Of a stretch of 64,000 nucleotides of DNA, positions 1 to 10,137 are shown piece after piece. Location: IMG/VR virus record IMGVR_UViG_3300042888_001738, positions 32,001 to 96,000 of that record; one strand, given 5' to 3'. Positions within the stretch are counted from its first letter, which is position 1; each line of letters begins with the position of its first letter. The notes under the pieces are model-generated. The model worked only from the letters and a program-made list of their open reading frames with translations. It searched no databases and had not been told where the DNA came from. The position numbers and the translations under genes are program-made. The DNA is from a virus.

Positions 1-2
1 CT

Positions 3-1025
3 CTATATTATAACCTAATGAAGACGACTTTAGGGAGAGGTTTAATGGGAACCGAAGAAAGTTTATTTTCAATATTATTATATAATAACCCAACGATTAC
101 AGAGTATGCTGAAATTAATTCCGATGGATTACTACTCAAATTTTTTGAGGATGTAAAAAACAACTCAGTTCAAATTAAAACTATGTCTGGTGACAAAAAG
201 ATTGAGGTTAAAACAAATGGTGATATTGGATTGTATGTTATTAGTTTTAATAGCCCAAACCAATTCCAAACCTTAATAGATTCTATGATGAGTTATGACC
301 CTGAGTTTATTAGTAAGACAAGGAAGTTCTTATTAAATAATTCAACGGATTTAACAACAACACCTGAATATGTAAGATTGTGTAATCAATACGGATTTGA
401 ACACATTAAAAAAGATAACATAGGTATTACTGGTGGTCGTGTCTTTATTGCTGAACATTTTGATAATTCAGACATGGATTATTACGTATTCTTTGAGGAT
501 GATATGTTTTTTTATAATGGGGTGGACAAAACATGTAAAAATGGTTTTAACAGAAAAACTAAAAATTTATATAAAAAAGTTTTACAAATTACCAGAAAAG
601 AACAATTTGATTTTCTTAAGTTTAATTTTACAGAGTTTTATGGGAGTCATGAAAATCAGTGGTCTTGGTTTAACGTAGATCAAGAATTTAGAAAAACACA
701 TTGGCCTTTTAATCAGAACTTAGCTCACCATGGAGAAAGTCCAAACGTACCAAAATTAGAATTCAAAAACATTAAATCACACGAAGGTGTACCATATGCG
801 ACAGGTGAAGTTTATTTATCAAATTGGCCAATCATATTATCTCGTGAAGGAAATTATAAATGTTACGTTGAAACTAAGTTTGATCATCCTTATGAACAAA
901 CTCTTATGTCTCACTGTTACAAACAAACAGTTAAAGGTAGAATTAATGCGGGTGTGTTATTAATGACACCAACTGATCATAATAGATTTGATCATTACGA
1001 AGGACATTTGAGAAAAGAATTCTAA
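3..1025 (+). CDS. Glycosyltransferase-like protein, 5'-truncated by the window edge (C-terminal GT-A/GT2-like domain)
   Basis: The frame is open back to base 3 (cta tat tat aac cta ATG), so the true start lies outside the window. GT-A-like pattern: hydrophobic strand LYVISFNSP, NIGITGGR, and the acidic YYVFFEDD (DxD-equivalent). Confidence 0.6.
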   Translation, partial: LYYNLMKTTLGRGLMGTEESLFSILLYNNPTITEYAEINSDGLLLKFFEDVKNNSVQIKTMSGDKKIEVKTNGDIGLYVISFNSPNQFQTLIDSMMSYDPEFISKTRKFLLNNSTDLTTTPEYVRLCNQYGFEHIKKDNIGITGGRVFIAEHFDNSDMDYYVFFEDDMFFYNGVDKTCKNGFNRKTKNLYKKVLQITRKEQFDFLKFNFTEFYGSHENQWSWFNVDQEFRKTHWPFNQNLAHHGESPNVPKLEFKNIKSHEGVPYATGEVYLSNWPIILSREGNYKCYVETKFDHPYEQTLMSHCYKQTVKGRINAGVLLMTPTDHNRFDHYEGHLRKEF

Positions 1026-1052
1026 ACGAAGTATTTATTGATAAAAGGTTTA

Positions 1053-2609
1053 ATGGAATTCTTTATCAAGAAAAATGCGACGCTACCTGTATTAAAAATT
1101 AACGTAATAAAAGACGGTAGAAGTGACTACAATAGATCCATGAAGTTTCTATCTGAAACTGACGTGTTCTTTTCTATGGTAGACACCGCAACTAATATCC
1201 CAAGAATTACTACAAGACCTGCTGGTTTGATGTCTAAAATTGCACCATTAACAGCATCCACTTCAGATTATTATGTGTATTATCAGTTCACACCATTTGA
1301 TACTAAAAAAGTTGGTAGATATAAAGGTCAGTTTCTTTTTAGGGATGATACAGGTATTTTAATACTACCATTAAACGAGGACATCTACATTAACGTAACC
1401 GATAGTTTTGTTTTAGATGAAATGGAGTTCCAAAGTTGTTATGTTGTTGATTACCCATGTTGTTCTGGATTCATACCAACACCACCAGGACCTGTACCAC
1501 CAGGACCAACAACAACGAGTACAACATTCTTACCATCAACAACAACAAGTACAACAACACCAATAACCACAACAACGTCAACGGCGATACCTTGTGAAGT
1601 GTGTACTTCAGGTGCGACTTTACCACAACTTTTACAGACGGTAATATATAACGATATTAGATTATCACCAGGAACTGTTCTACCTACCGATATAACCGCA
1701 ACAACCTCAAGTACTGTTATGACTTGTTTTGAGGAATTAGAGGGTCCATCATCAGGTAATTTACTTTTAGGTAGTACATCACCATTCAATTATAACATAA
1801 CCTTTATCGGTGGTCCGGTAAATGATGTCGTATTTAGATTTATTAATTATGAAAAAACCTCAACGACAACAGAATCATTTACAATTTTAACACAAAGACT
1901 TGATGGTTTAGAAATGACACCAACGATTACCGCTTGTGAATATTGTTGTGCAACAATTAGTGGTAATACAATTACTGCTGGTGATAATACAGATTGTGAA
2001 ATAGGAAGTGGTTATTTTAGGATAAGTACTGAATTCCCATATAGTAATATATCTATATCAGGTACGGGAGGAAATGGAGGAACTATTGTTGACGTATGTG
2101 AAGAAACCGTTAAAAAACCTGAAATAAGATCAACAGCATGGTCAATATCACCAGGTGTTGCAGACGGTAGATATTTTTGTAGTCGAGACACGGCAGAATT
2201 TACAACTATTTTTACAGTAGAATCCCCAACTTTACAAGTCGGAATGCAATTATTTGCTGATCAGTATCTCACAATGCCAATTACCTTTCTTTTAGAAACT
2301 TCATTCTATACTGTTTTAGAAAGGGATTATGTTGCACTGACTGAGAGATATTCATTTATAACAACAGGTTCATCACAACAATACACACAAAATCAATATG
2401 TTGGTGGGATTTTAAATTGTAGTGGACCAATTCCTTGTCGAGAACTTACAATAACAAGAACAAACCCAAATGGTAGTTTAGTAAGATGGTACGATTGTAA
2501 CGCCATTCTTAGTGGTCAACAAATTGGTTTAGGTCAAACGATTACTATTTGTGGGTCTTTCAGAATACAACAATCTAATGCGTCAACAACAATAGGTCCT
2601 AATTGTTAA
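1053..2609 (+). CDS. Virion/baseplate-associated protein: BppU-N-like anchor domain, Pro/Thr linker, Cys-containing C-terminal domains
   Basis: The ATG at 1053 follows a TATTTAT motif and aligns with the start of the next gene (MEFFIKKNATLPVLK vs MEFTIGQNASLPVLK). Contains YYVYYQFT..DT...GRYKGQF and a PTPPGP/TTTT linker. Confidence 0.6.
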   Translation: MEFFIKKNATLPVLKINVIKDGRSDYNRSMKFLSETDVFFSMVDTATNIPRITTRPAGLMSKIAPLTASTSDYYVYYQFTPFDTKKVGRYKGQFLFRDDTGILILPLNEDIYINVTDSFVLDEMEFQSCYVVDYPCCSGFIPTPPGPVPPGPTTTSTTFLPSTTTSTTTPITTTTSTAIPCEVCTSGATLPQLLQTVIYNDIRLSPGTVLPTDITATTSSTVMTCFEELEGPSSGNLLLGSTSPFNYNITFIGGPVNDVVFRFINYEKTSTTTESFTILTQRLDGLEMTPTITACEYCCATISGNTITAGDNTDCEIGSGYFRISTEFPYSNISISGTGGNGGTIVDVCEETVKKPEIRSTAWSISPGVADGRYFCSRDTAEFTTIFTVESPTLQVGMQLFADQYLTMPITFLLETSFYTVLERDYVALTERYSFITTGSSQQYTQNQYVGGILNCSGPIPCRELTITRTNPNGSLVRWYDCNAILSGQQIGLGQTITICGSFRIQQSNASTTIGPNC

Positions 2610-2649
2610 CCAACTTTTAGTTTCCGAGTATTTATAGTTAAAAGAATTG

Positions 2650-3489
2650 ATGGAATTTACAATAGGTCAGAACGCGTCATTACCGGTACTTAAAATGCAA
2701 GTAGTAAATGACGGTACGCAAAGTTTTGAGGATATGATGGAATTCATAGAAAGATCATCAATCTTTTTTTCTATGGTCGGTACCGATAATGGTATACCAA
2801 AAGTATATACAAAATCGGCAGGGTTTGTTGAGAAACTCGATATGGATCCAAATGCAGCACCTGAATATTATGTTTATTACAGATTTACACAACAGGATAC
2901 AAGTAGGATTGGTAGATATGAAGGTCAGTTTATGTTTATAAATGAAGACGGTACTTTGGTTTTACCAATAAGAGAATCATTATTTATAAATGTTGTTGAA
3001 AGTTTTATTTCCGATAGTTTACCTTATAATAGTTGTTATACATTAAACTATAGTTGTTGTACGACACCGTTCCCATCACCAACACCAACACCAACCAAAG
3101 CACCTGTCATTAGCCCAACACCATCACCCTCAACTACACCAACACCTACAGTAACACCAACACCTACTCAAACACCTAACCAACCTATTTGTCCTCACCC
3201 TGTTATGCAGACTTTGGTTTATGGTACAGATCAATTTGGTCCGTTTGATACTCAAGAGAAAATTTGTTACGCATATCTTTGTTTCTCACAGGGTAATTGT
3301 ACTACTTCTGATTATCTTGTTAGATTCTTCAACCTACCAACGTTAAATGTAGGTTCTTTAATGTTTGATAATGAAATCTCTTGTTATAAAACAAATGATA
3401 CAGGATATTTCTTAACAAATTACGAAGGTGGTTATAGAATGTTCTATGCAACTGATGGTGTAATCACAGAAATAATTGATTGTGATTAA
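2650..3489 (+). CDS. Paralog of the preceding gene: same N-terminal anchor domain, PT-repeat linker, different C-terminal domain
   Basis: The first ~135 aa are alignable by eye with 1053-2609. Contains a PSPTPTPT linker. Confidence 0.6.
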   Translation: MEFTIGQNASLPVLKMQVVNDGTQSFEDMMEFIERSSIFFSMVGTDNGIPKVYTKSAGFVEKLDMDPNAAPEYYVYYRFTQQDTSRIGRYEGQFMFINEDGTLVLPIRESLFINVVESFISDSLPYNSCYTLNYSCCTTPFPSPTPTPTKAPVISPTPSPSTTPTPTVTPTPTQTPNQPICPHPVMQTLVYGTDQFGPFDTQEKICYAYLCFSQGNCTTSDYLVRFFNLPTLNVGSLMFDNEISCYKTNDTGYFLTNYEGGYRMFYATDGVITEIIDCD

Positions 3490-3504
3490 AATTTAACTCA
3501 CATA

Positions 3505-3533
3505 TTGATAAGGGTATTTTTTACTCCTATATT
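3505..3533 (+). promoter_or_regulatory. Sigma70-like promoter for DNA polymerase (TTGATA-17-TATATT), overlapping a TATTTAT motif at 3530-3536
   Basis: Hexamers at 3505-3510 and 3528-3533 with an exact 17-nt spacer, in the intergenic region. Confidence 0.45.
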
Positions 3534-3592
3534 TATTTACGAAGGTAAATGTCGACCTTATTCGACAGCTAATGGACCAAAAGTAAATTTAT

Positions 3593-6454
3593 ATGATATC
3601 ACAAGAAGAAATTGAAAGCTTCCTTGTGGGTAATGACCCCGAGGAATATATCGTATCCGTAGAGTACGATTATGTATCCGACAAAATCTACAAAATAAAA
3701 GAAATTCCTGGTAAAGGTAAACAGATCCATCGTGACACTCTAATCTCATTTGCATGGGTTGGTGATCTACGTGGTCAGAACTTTTACTCATCATCCAAAG
3801 CTTTACAGAAAGAAGCCATGTCTAAACATGGTATCATCATCGAGAAACTTCGAACTGATGGTAATGATCGTTTAGAACGAGGACTCACCTTTATGGTTAA
3901 GTCAATGAAAGGTTATAGAAACCTCATTCAATTCTTTAGAGAAGGTGGTGTAGATCCTTGGGGTGAAAAAACCAAAGATCTTGTTATGGTATTACCCCCC
4001 GTTGAGCAATACCTCATCTCAAAAGAGAAAAGACTATTCAAGGGATTCGAGGAATACAACGACATTACGAGGATGGTATTCGACTTGGAGACGACCTCAC
4101 TTGAGCCCAAGGATGGTCGTATCTTTATGATTGGAGTTAAAACAAACAAAGGATTTAGAAAAGTAATCGAGTGTGCAACACCTGACGATGAAAGAAGAGG
4201 CCTTGTGGAGTTCTTCAATTTAATTGACGAACACAAACCATCAATTCTTTCAGGATACAATTCATTTAACTTCGACTGGTATTGGATTTACGAAAGATGT
4301 AAGATGTTGAATCTTGACATTAAGAAAATTGCAAAGTCCCTCAATCCTGAAAAAAGTATTTCAACTAAGGAATCTATGTTGAAACTCGCCAACGAGGTTG
4401 AAAAGTTTAACCAAACTCAAATGTGGGGTTACAACATTATTGATATCCTTCACTCAGTTCGTCGTGCACAAGCAATCAACTCAAACATCAAAGAAGCTGG
4501 TTTGAAGTATATTACCAAATATATTGAAGCAGAAGCACCTGATCGTGTTTATGTTGATCACGATAAAATTGGATCTATGTATCGTGAAAAAGAAGACTAT
4601 TGGTTGAACATAGAGAATGGTAAGTACAAAAAAGTTGGTGTGGACCCGAAGATCGATGATGTATGTGGTAGACACTCAAGTGTGTATATTAAAACAACAG
4701 GGGACGACATTATTGAGCGTTATCTTGACGATGACTTGGAAGAAACTCTATTGGTTGACGAAGAATTCAATCAAGGTTCATTCTTGTTGGCGTCATTACT
4801 TCCAACAACATATGAAAGAGTTTCAACGATGGGTACAGCAACATTATGGAAAATGTTGATGTTAGCTTGGTCTTATAAACACGGACTTGCAATTCCTGCT
4901 AAGAATGATAAAGGAAACTTCGTAGGAGGACTTTCTCGTCTGATCCGAACAGGATACTCAAGAAACGTTCTAAAACTTGACTACTCGTCTCTATACCCAT
5001 CTATTCAGTTGGTACACGATGTATTCCCCGAGTGTGATGTGACAGGTGCGATGAAAGGTTTATTATCTTACTTCCGTAATACTCGTATCAAATACAAACA
5101 ACTTGCTGAGGAATACGCAACGATTGATAAAAAGAAATCAACTTCTTATGACCGTAAACAATTACCAATTAAGATCTTTATCAACTCGATGTTCGGTGCC
5201 TTGTCAGCCCCACAGGTTTTCCATTGGGGTGATATGGATAAAGGTGAGATGATTACTTGTACGGGTCGTCAGTATCTTCGTATGATGATTCACTTCTTTA
5301 TGGATCGTGGGTATACACCACTTGTAATGGACACGGATGGTATTAACTTCTCAGTTCCTGAAGGTGTGGAGACAAGAAGATACGTCGGTAAGGGTTTGAA
5401 TTGGAAAGTTGTTGATGGTAAAGAATATATTGGTGAAGAAGCGGATGTAATGGAATTTAATGATCTTGCGATGAGAGGTGAGATGGCACTTGATACTGAC
5501 GGACAATGGCCAGCATGTATTAACTTGGCTCGTAAGAACTACGCACTTATCACCGCTAAAGGTAAGATCAAACTTACAGGGAACTCAATCAAATCTAAGA
5601 AAATGCCAATCTATATTGAGAAGTTTTTGGATAAGGGGATTAAGTTATTACTTGATGGTAAAGGGCAAGAGTTTGTTGAGTGGTATTACGAATACGTACA
5701 AAAGATCTTTGATCAAAAGATTCCGTTAATGGACATTGCAAACAAGGCTAAGATCAAACAAAGTATTGATGATTATATTGCTAGAAGTAAAACTAAAACT
5801 AAGGCGGGAGCTTTAATGTCAAGACAAGCACATATGGAGTTGGCAATTAGAGATAAGTTAAATGCGAATCTTGGTGAGGTAATATTTTATGTGAATAACG
5901 GAACCAAAGCTTCTCATGGTGATGTTCAGAAAGTTAACAAACCAAAGAAAGGGTGGAATCAAGAACACATTGATACATACATGTCAAATTATGGTACAAC
6001 AATACCTGAATCTGCAGAATCAATCATACAATTAAATTGTTATAGAATTGACCCATCTGATATCGAAAGTAACCCAACCATGACAGGACAGTATAATATC
6101 CAAAGAGCGATTGCAACGTTTAATAAAAGGGTTGAGCCCTTGTTAGTTGTGTTCCAACAAGAAGTTAGAAATGGTTTATTAGTTAAGAACCCTGAAGATA
6201 GACCTTTCTTCACTAAAGTTCAGTGTGAGTTGATTAATGGTCAACCATTTGATGAAGGTGATCAAGATAAGTTAGAAGATGTAATGGAAATCTCCGATGA
6301 GGAAATGTCTTTTTGGGATAGGGTTGGTGAGACTCCATATCATATGTATAAAGATGCAGACTCTTATATGTGGAGATATCTACCTGATGAAAAATTATTC
6401 CATCTTGAGACCATCGGAGGAGAGAATATACCACACACCTCTGACGTTCTTTAA
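3593..6454 (+). CDS. polB: Family B DNA polymerase with 3'-5' exonuclease
   Basis: ExoI FDLET, ExoII GYNSFNFD, motif A LDYSSLYPS, motif B KIFINSMFG, motif C MDTDG. Confidence 0.96.
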   Translation: MISQEEIESFLVGNDPEEYIVSVEYDYVSDKIYKIKEIPGKGKQIHRDTLISFAWVGDLRGQNFYSSSKALQKEAMSKHGIIIEKLRTDGNDRLERGLTFMVKSMKGYRNLIQFFREGGVDPWGEKTKDLVMVLPPVEQYLISKEKRLFKGFEEYNDITRMVFDLETTSLEPKDGRIFMIGVKTNKGFRKVIECATPDDERRGLVEFFNLIDEHKPSILSGYNSFNFDWYWIYERCKMLNLDIKKIAKSLNPEKSISTKESMLKLANEVEKFNQTQMWGYNIIDILHSVRRAQAINSNIKEAGLKYITKYIEAEAPDRVYVDHDKIGSMYREKEDYWLNIENGKYKKVGVDPKIDDVCGRHSSVYIKTTGDDIIERYLDDDLEETLLVDEEFNQGSFLLASLLPTTYERVSTMGTATLWKMLMLAWSYKHGLAIPAKNDKGNFVGGLSRLIRTGYSRNVLKLDYSSLYPSIQLVHDVFPECDVTGAMKGLLSYFRNTRIKYKQLAEEYATIDKKKSTSYDRKQLPIKIFINSMFGALSAPQVFHWGDMDKGEMITCTGRQYLRMMIHFFMDRGYTPLVMDTDGINFSVPEGVETRRYVGKGLNWKVVDGKEYIGEEADVMEFNDLAMRGEMALDTDGQWPACINLARKNYALITAKGKIKLTGNSIKSKKMPIYIEKFLDKGIKLLLDGKGQEFVEWYYEYVQKIFDQKIPLMDIANKAKIKQSIDDYIARSKTKTKAGALMSRQAHMELAIRDKLNANLGEVIFYVNNGTKASHGDVQKVNKPKKGWNQEHIDTYMSNYGTTIPESAESIIQLNCYRIDPSDIESNPTMTGQYNIQRAIATFNKRVEPLLVVFQQEVRNGLLVKNPEDRPFFTKVQCELINGQPFDEGDQDKLEDVMEISDEEMSFWDRVGETPYHMYKDADSYMWRYLPDEKLFHLETIGGENIPHTSDVL

Positions 6455-6742
6455 CTCAACACAAGCACCACGACCTACGGAAATCTCATCCCAATCTTCA
6501 TCAATCCTACCAATATCAGGTATGATGATACAATTTGTTAGAGTTTTAATTTTAATTTTGTCAGTCGTTGTAGAATCTAATCTTATTTTACAATGATTGA
6601 CATCTCTAACAATTATAAGTAATTCACCATTAGTTGAGTAAAACTCATCACTAACTATGGCGGTTTCAAACGTATCTATGTTAATTGATCGTTCACCACG
6701 TATTACCGTTTTTCTGTTTGGTTTTTCTTTTATAATTGACAT
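6395..6742 (-). CDS. Hypothetical beta-rich protein, probably structural
   Basis: 115-aa ORF directly downstream of the neck gene on the same strand. Its 3' end overlaps polB by 60 nt. Confidence 0.6.
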   Translation of the reverse strand: MSIIKEKPNRKTVIRGERSINIDTFETAIVSDEFYSTNGELLIIVRDVNHCKIRLDSTTTDKIKIKTLTNCIIIPDIGRIDEDWDEISVGRGACVELKNVRGVWYILSSDGLKME

Positions 6743-6745
6743 ATA

Positions 6746-7870
6746 TTAAATTACATATATTTGACGAGGCATTGCTCTAAACTTAAGTTGTTTGTTTAAG
6801 TTTTCCGCAAGTAACGCTTCTCTCTCCATAACTTTTTCAGGTCGTAATCTTGTTAACCTACCTTCGGGACCTATCAATTCATCCACAAGTTTTGTTTTTT
6901 CGTCTTTCGCTTCTGTTGCTAAAGATGTATAATCCATTGTTAGATCACCATCAGGTGCTTTTAAGTTACCACTAAACTTACCACGAACTCTTGCTAAGGT
7001 TTCTTTACAATAAGCGGTAAACCATCTTCTTACCCAAACCTGAGCGGGATTATTAAGTTTGTACCAACTAATTTTGTTAAATGGTACATCTGATGGTAAT
7101 AATACGATATCAGGATTATCCGCTAAACATTTATCTCTATCTCCTTGACCAACATCATAATACCAATACCAAACTCTACGTTGTGCCATTTCAGCATTTC
7201 CAAAGTCAAATCTACCACCTGGTACATTTAGTAAGTGTAATGCTTTCTTCCCGTCAGGTAACGCTGTAATATAATAAGTTAAATCAGGAGATATAATTCT
7301 TCTTTGAATGTTAATTTCCTGCATTCTTAATAACATATCAAATGCTGGCATCAAGAAGTAACTACCTGCCATATTACCCATTTGTGCGAATCCACCTGTA
7401 CCACCAATACCTCCACCGGCTATACCACCGAATGACCAGGGATCGATAAACATATTATTCATTTCTGTTGGTGAAAACCAAAGAACTTCATTGATTTCTC
7501 TACCTGCAGGAATTTCATATATTTGTTGGTTTGGTACTAATTGTACGTAATCTTTTTTGATAACCCAATCACCACCAGCTTGTAAACCAACAATCTTGGA
7601 GTATGCGTATGTGTATCTAGTTTCAAAATCTAAACTCTTGGTAACAAAGGCTCTCGCTAAAGATTGTGTGTCTAGATTTAAATTATATAATGAAGTCCAT
7701 TGAGATTCTATCAACCAATCTTGTACGTATTGTGAATAATCATCAATAGAGTACTCTAAAAGAGTATCCATCATCTCATCTTCTAATTCTACCGATCTTA
7801 AAGGGGCACCTAAAAGGTGTCTTACTTTTTGGTAGAATTCACTTCTTTCTGGTTCGTTAATAATTGCCAT
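6746..7870 (-). CDS. Neck protein / head-tail adaptor (T4 gp13-like)
   Basis: N-terminal LLGAPLRSVELED and C-terminal WVRRWFTAYCKETLARVRGKF...PDGDLTMD match the gp13-type pattern. Preceded by TATTTAT. Confidence 0.75.
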   Translation of the reverse strand: MAIINEPERSEFYQKVRHLLGAPLRSVELEDEMMDTLLEYSIDDYSQYVQDWLIESQWTSLYNLNLDTQSLARAFVTKSLDFETRYTYAYSKIVGLQAGGDWVIKKDYVQLVPNQQIYEIPAGREINEVLWFSPTEMNNMFIDPWSFGGIAGGGIGGTGGFAQMGNMAGSYFLMPAFDMLLRMQEINIQRRIISPDLTYYITALPDGKKALHLLNVPGGRFDFGNAEMAQRRVWYWYYDVGQGDRDKCLADNPDIVLLPSDVPFNKISWYKLNNPAQVWVRRWFTAYCKETLARVRGKFSGNLKAPDGDLTMDYTSLATEAKDEKTKLVDELIGPEGRLTRLRPEKVMEREALLAENLNKQLKFRAMPRQIYVI

Positions 7871-7912
7871 AGAGTTTTTTTCTCTATAAATATCTTTAAT
7901 AATTAGTTTGTG

Positions 7913-10108
7913 TTAGGACGGACAAACGATCTTTTCTCTATCCTTTGTTTTAACATCTAAACTAACAGGTTCTAAAACACTTTTATCTTTAAAGTAGAAA
8001 CCATCAATTTTATTATATTCAGGTTTTATCCTAAATCTTATCGATAATCTTTTTTCATCACAACCTCGTTGACCTTTGTTAGACCAATATAAATCAATAA
8101 ATTCGATAGGAACAATTAAATCACCTTCATAGATTATACCCGACATTTGACTTCTAACCTTGTTTAAATATTCCTGAGCTGAAGGTGTGGTATTTAACCA
8201 AACGAATAATTTATCGATTAATTCGTTATATAGTTTTATATAAATTGGTTTTTCACTTGATAGTGAACTTTGTTTAAAGATTGAAAAGAATTCGGACAAA
8301 TAACTATCAATAAATGGGTCCATCTTTTTTACTTCAAAAAATGATCCAGCGGGGTATAACACATTACCTTCATCATCTGTTAAATCTTTTTTAGTTATTA
8401 AGTCGGTTTTTATGTAATAACTACCCTTCTTAAATGAAGATAACATACAAGATGATATTTGATTAAATGTGTAATTTAAGGTTTCGGTACCAGAATGAAT
8501 TTTCTTTAATACATCTATTAAAGTTTCTTTTGCATCATCTGAACAGTTATAGTCTAATTGTAATTTTGTTGGTCTCTTCTCAAAGTAATCACCTGAAAAT
8601 CTATCTTCATACTTACTATGTTCTTTCTGTCTAGCATATGCCAACAGACCCTCAATATCATTAGGTATTGTCGTTGAGTACCTTTGTTTGTTTAATATTT
8701 TTTTTACTTGGTCGTCATCATATTTCTTATCAATAATAAAGTCTGAAATTAATTCTAAAAAGTTTACGGTTCTACTTGTGTCTTGGAGTGCTAATTGTAT
8801 TATTACTGGAAACGTACCTACATTTTTCTTACCAAAGAATTGATCTAATATAAACATAGAACGCTCTAATTCAGTAATCAAATATTGATCTTCTAAACCG
8901 TCTCTAAATTTTTTTAATTGGCAGTATGGTGATTCTTTAGATTTTGATTGTATGCACAAATAATCTATTTTAGAATTTCTTTTAAATGCAATTTCATTTA
9001 TCTCTTTGGATTCATTAAGTTTTTTCTTAGTTGTATGACCCACAAATAAGTCATTAACAAATTCCCAATTTACTACGTCCCAAAACTTAGAAATATATTC
9101 ATCTCTCTTATTTTGATACTTCAGGTAATACGCATGTTCCCAAACATCAAGACCAAGTAATGGATAACCACCACCCTTAACAATATTCATAAGTGGGTTG
9201 TCCTGATTAGGTGTGGACATGATTTTTAATTTTCCGTCTTTTGCCAAATATAACCAAGCCCAACCAGACCCAAAACGATCCTGAGCAGCTTTGTTAAATT
9301 CGTCTTTTAGTTTTTTTATGTTACCAAAATCTTCTCTAATCTTTTTTAAGATTTCTCCTTTCGGTAATTGTTTTTTCGGAGACAACATTTTCCAAAACAA
9401 AGCGTGGTTAAAAGCACCACCCGCATTATTTCTAACTTTATCATCAAACTTACTAATGGATTTGATAATTTCTTCTAAATCCATATCACCTTTTTTATCC
9501 TTAATTGCCTTATTCAGTTTGTCAACATACCCCTTGTAGTGTTTGTTGTAATGAATGTTCATGGTTTTAGAATCAATAAATCTTTGTAATGCGGAATATG
9601 AATAAGGTAGTTTCTCAATACCAATTTTTTTCATCTCAACCAACAAGTTTTCTTTGATGGTTTTTTTTTCAGTTAAAAGTATTTGTTCTGATAAAAGATT
9701 GATACGACCTTCTATACTTTTACTTTCATACATAATTTTTTCTAATTCAGGATGTTCTTTTTCAAACATCTTAACTAAACGACCGGCAAATGCATTCGCT
9801 TCGTCCTCATTCTGTCCACCAATGTTTGGTCCAGGTTCCCTACCTAAAATTGTCATTTGATGTTCATGAACCCACTCATGTGCAAGAGTCCTCATGATAT
9901 CCCTATTCAATCTACCTTTCGCTAAAACTTTAATAAGATTATCACCACGCCTACTACCTGTGGACATGTCTCCCCTTTTACCATCCATAAAGATAATTTT
10001 GAGATCTTGTTTCAGGGGATATTCTTTTTGTAGAAGTTTTATAAACTCACTTACAAAGTCTTTGTGTTTTTTAATTTCTTGGTTTTCGTATTTGATTGAA
10101 AGTTTCAT
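7913..10108 (-). CDS. Three-domain protein: HExxH metallopeptidase-like domain + Mn/Fe superoxide dismutase + unknown C-terminal domain
   Basis: AHEWVHEHQ...EDEANA. SOD motifs LPYSYSAL, HYNKH, NNAGGAFNH, FGSGWAWL, NQDNP and LDVWEHAYY lie at about 9050-9625. The likely start is the ATG at 10108, just after TATTTAT. Confidence 0.9.
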   Translation of the reverse strand: MKLSIKYENQEIKKHKDFVSEFIKLLQKEYPLKQDLKIIFMDGKRGDMSTGSRRGDNLIKVLAKGRLNRDIMRTLAHEWVHEHQMTILGREPGPNIGGQNEDEANAFAGRLVKMFEKEHPELEKIMYESKSIEGRINLLSEQILLTEKKTIKENLLVEMKKIGIEKLPYSYSALQRFIDSKTMNIHYNKHYKGYVDKLNKAIKDKKGDMDLEEIIKSISKFDDKVRNNAGGAFNHALFWKMLSPKKQLPKGEILKKIREDFGNIKKLKDEFNKAAQDRFGSGWAWLYLAKDGKLKIMSTPNQDNPLMNIVKGGGYPLLGLDVWEHAYYLKYQNKRDEYISKFWDVVNWEFVNDLFVGHTTKKKLNESKEINEIAFKRNSKIDYLCIQSKSKESPYCQLKKFRDGLEDQYLITELERSMFILDQFFGKKNVGTFPVIIQLALQDTSRTVNFLELISDFIIDKKYDDDQVKKILNKQRYSTTIPNDIEGLLAYARQKEHSKYEDRFSGDYFEKRPTKLQLDYNCSDDAKETLIDVLKKIHSGTETLNYTFNQISSCMLSSFKKGSYYIKTDLITKKDLTDDEGNVLYPAGSFFEVKKMDPFIDSYLSEFFSIFKQSSLSSEKPIYIKLYNELIDKLFVWLNTTPSAQEYLNKVRSQMSGIIYEGDLIVPIEFIDLYWSNKGQRGCDEKRLSIRFRIKPEYNKIDGFYFKDKSVLEPVSLDVKTKDREKIVCPS

Positions 10109-10137
10109 CTTTGATAAATATTCCAATCATAAAAAGA

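Noticed and set aside
1053-3489. Diversity-generating retroelement template/variable repeat pair
   Set aside because: The similarity is diverged protein-level paralogy at the N-termini, not adenine-specific near-identity, and no reverse transcriptase lies in the window.
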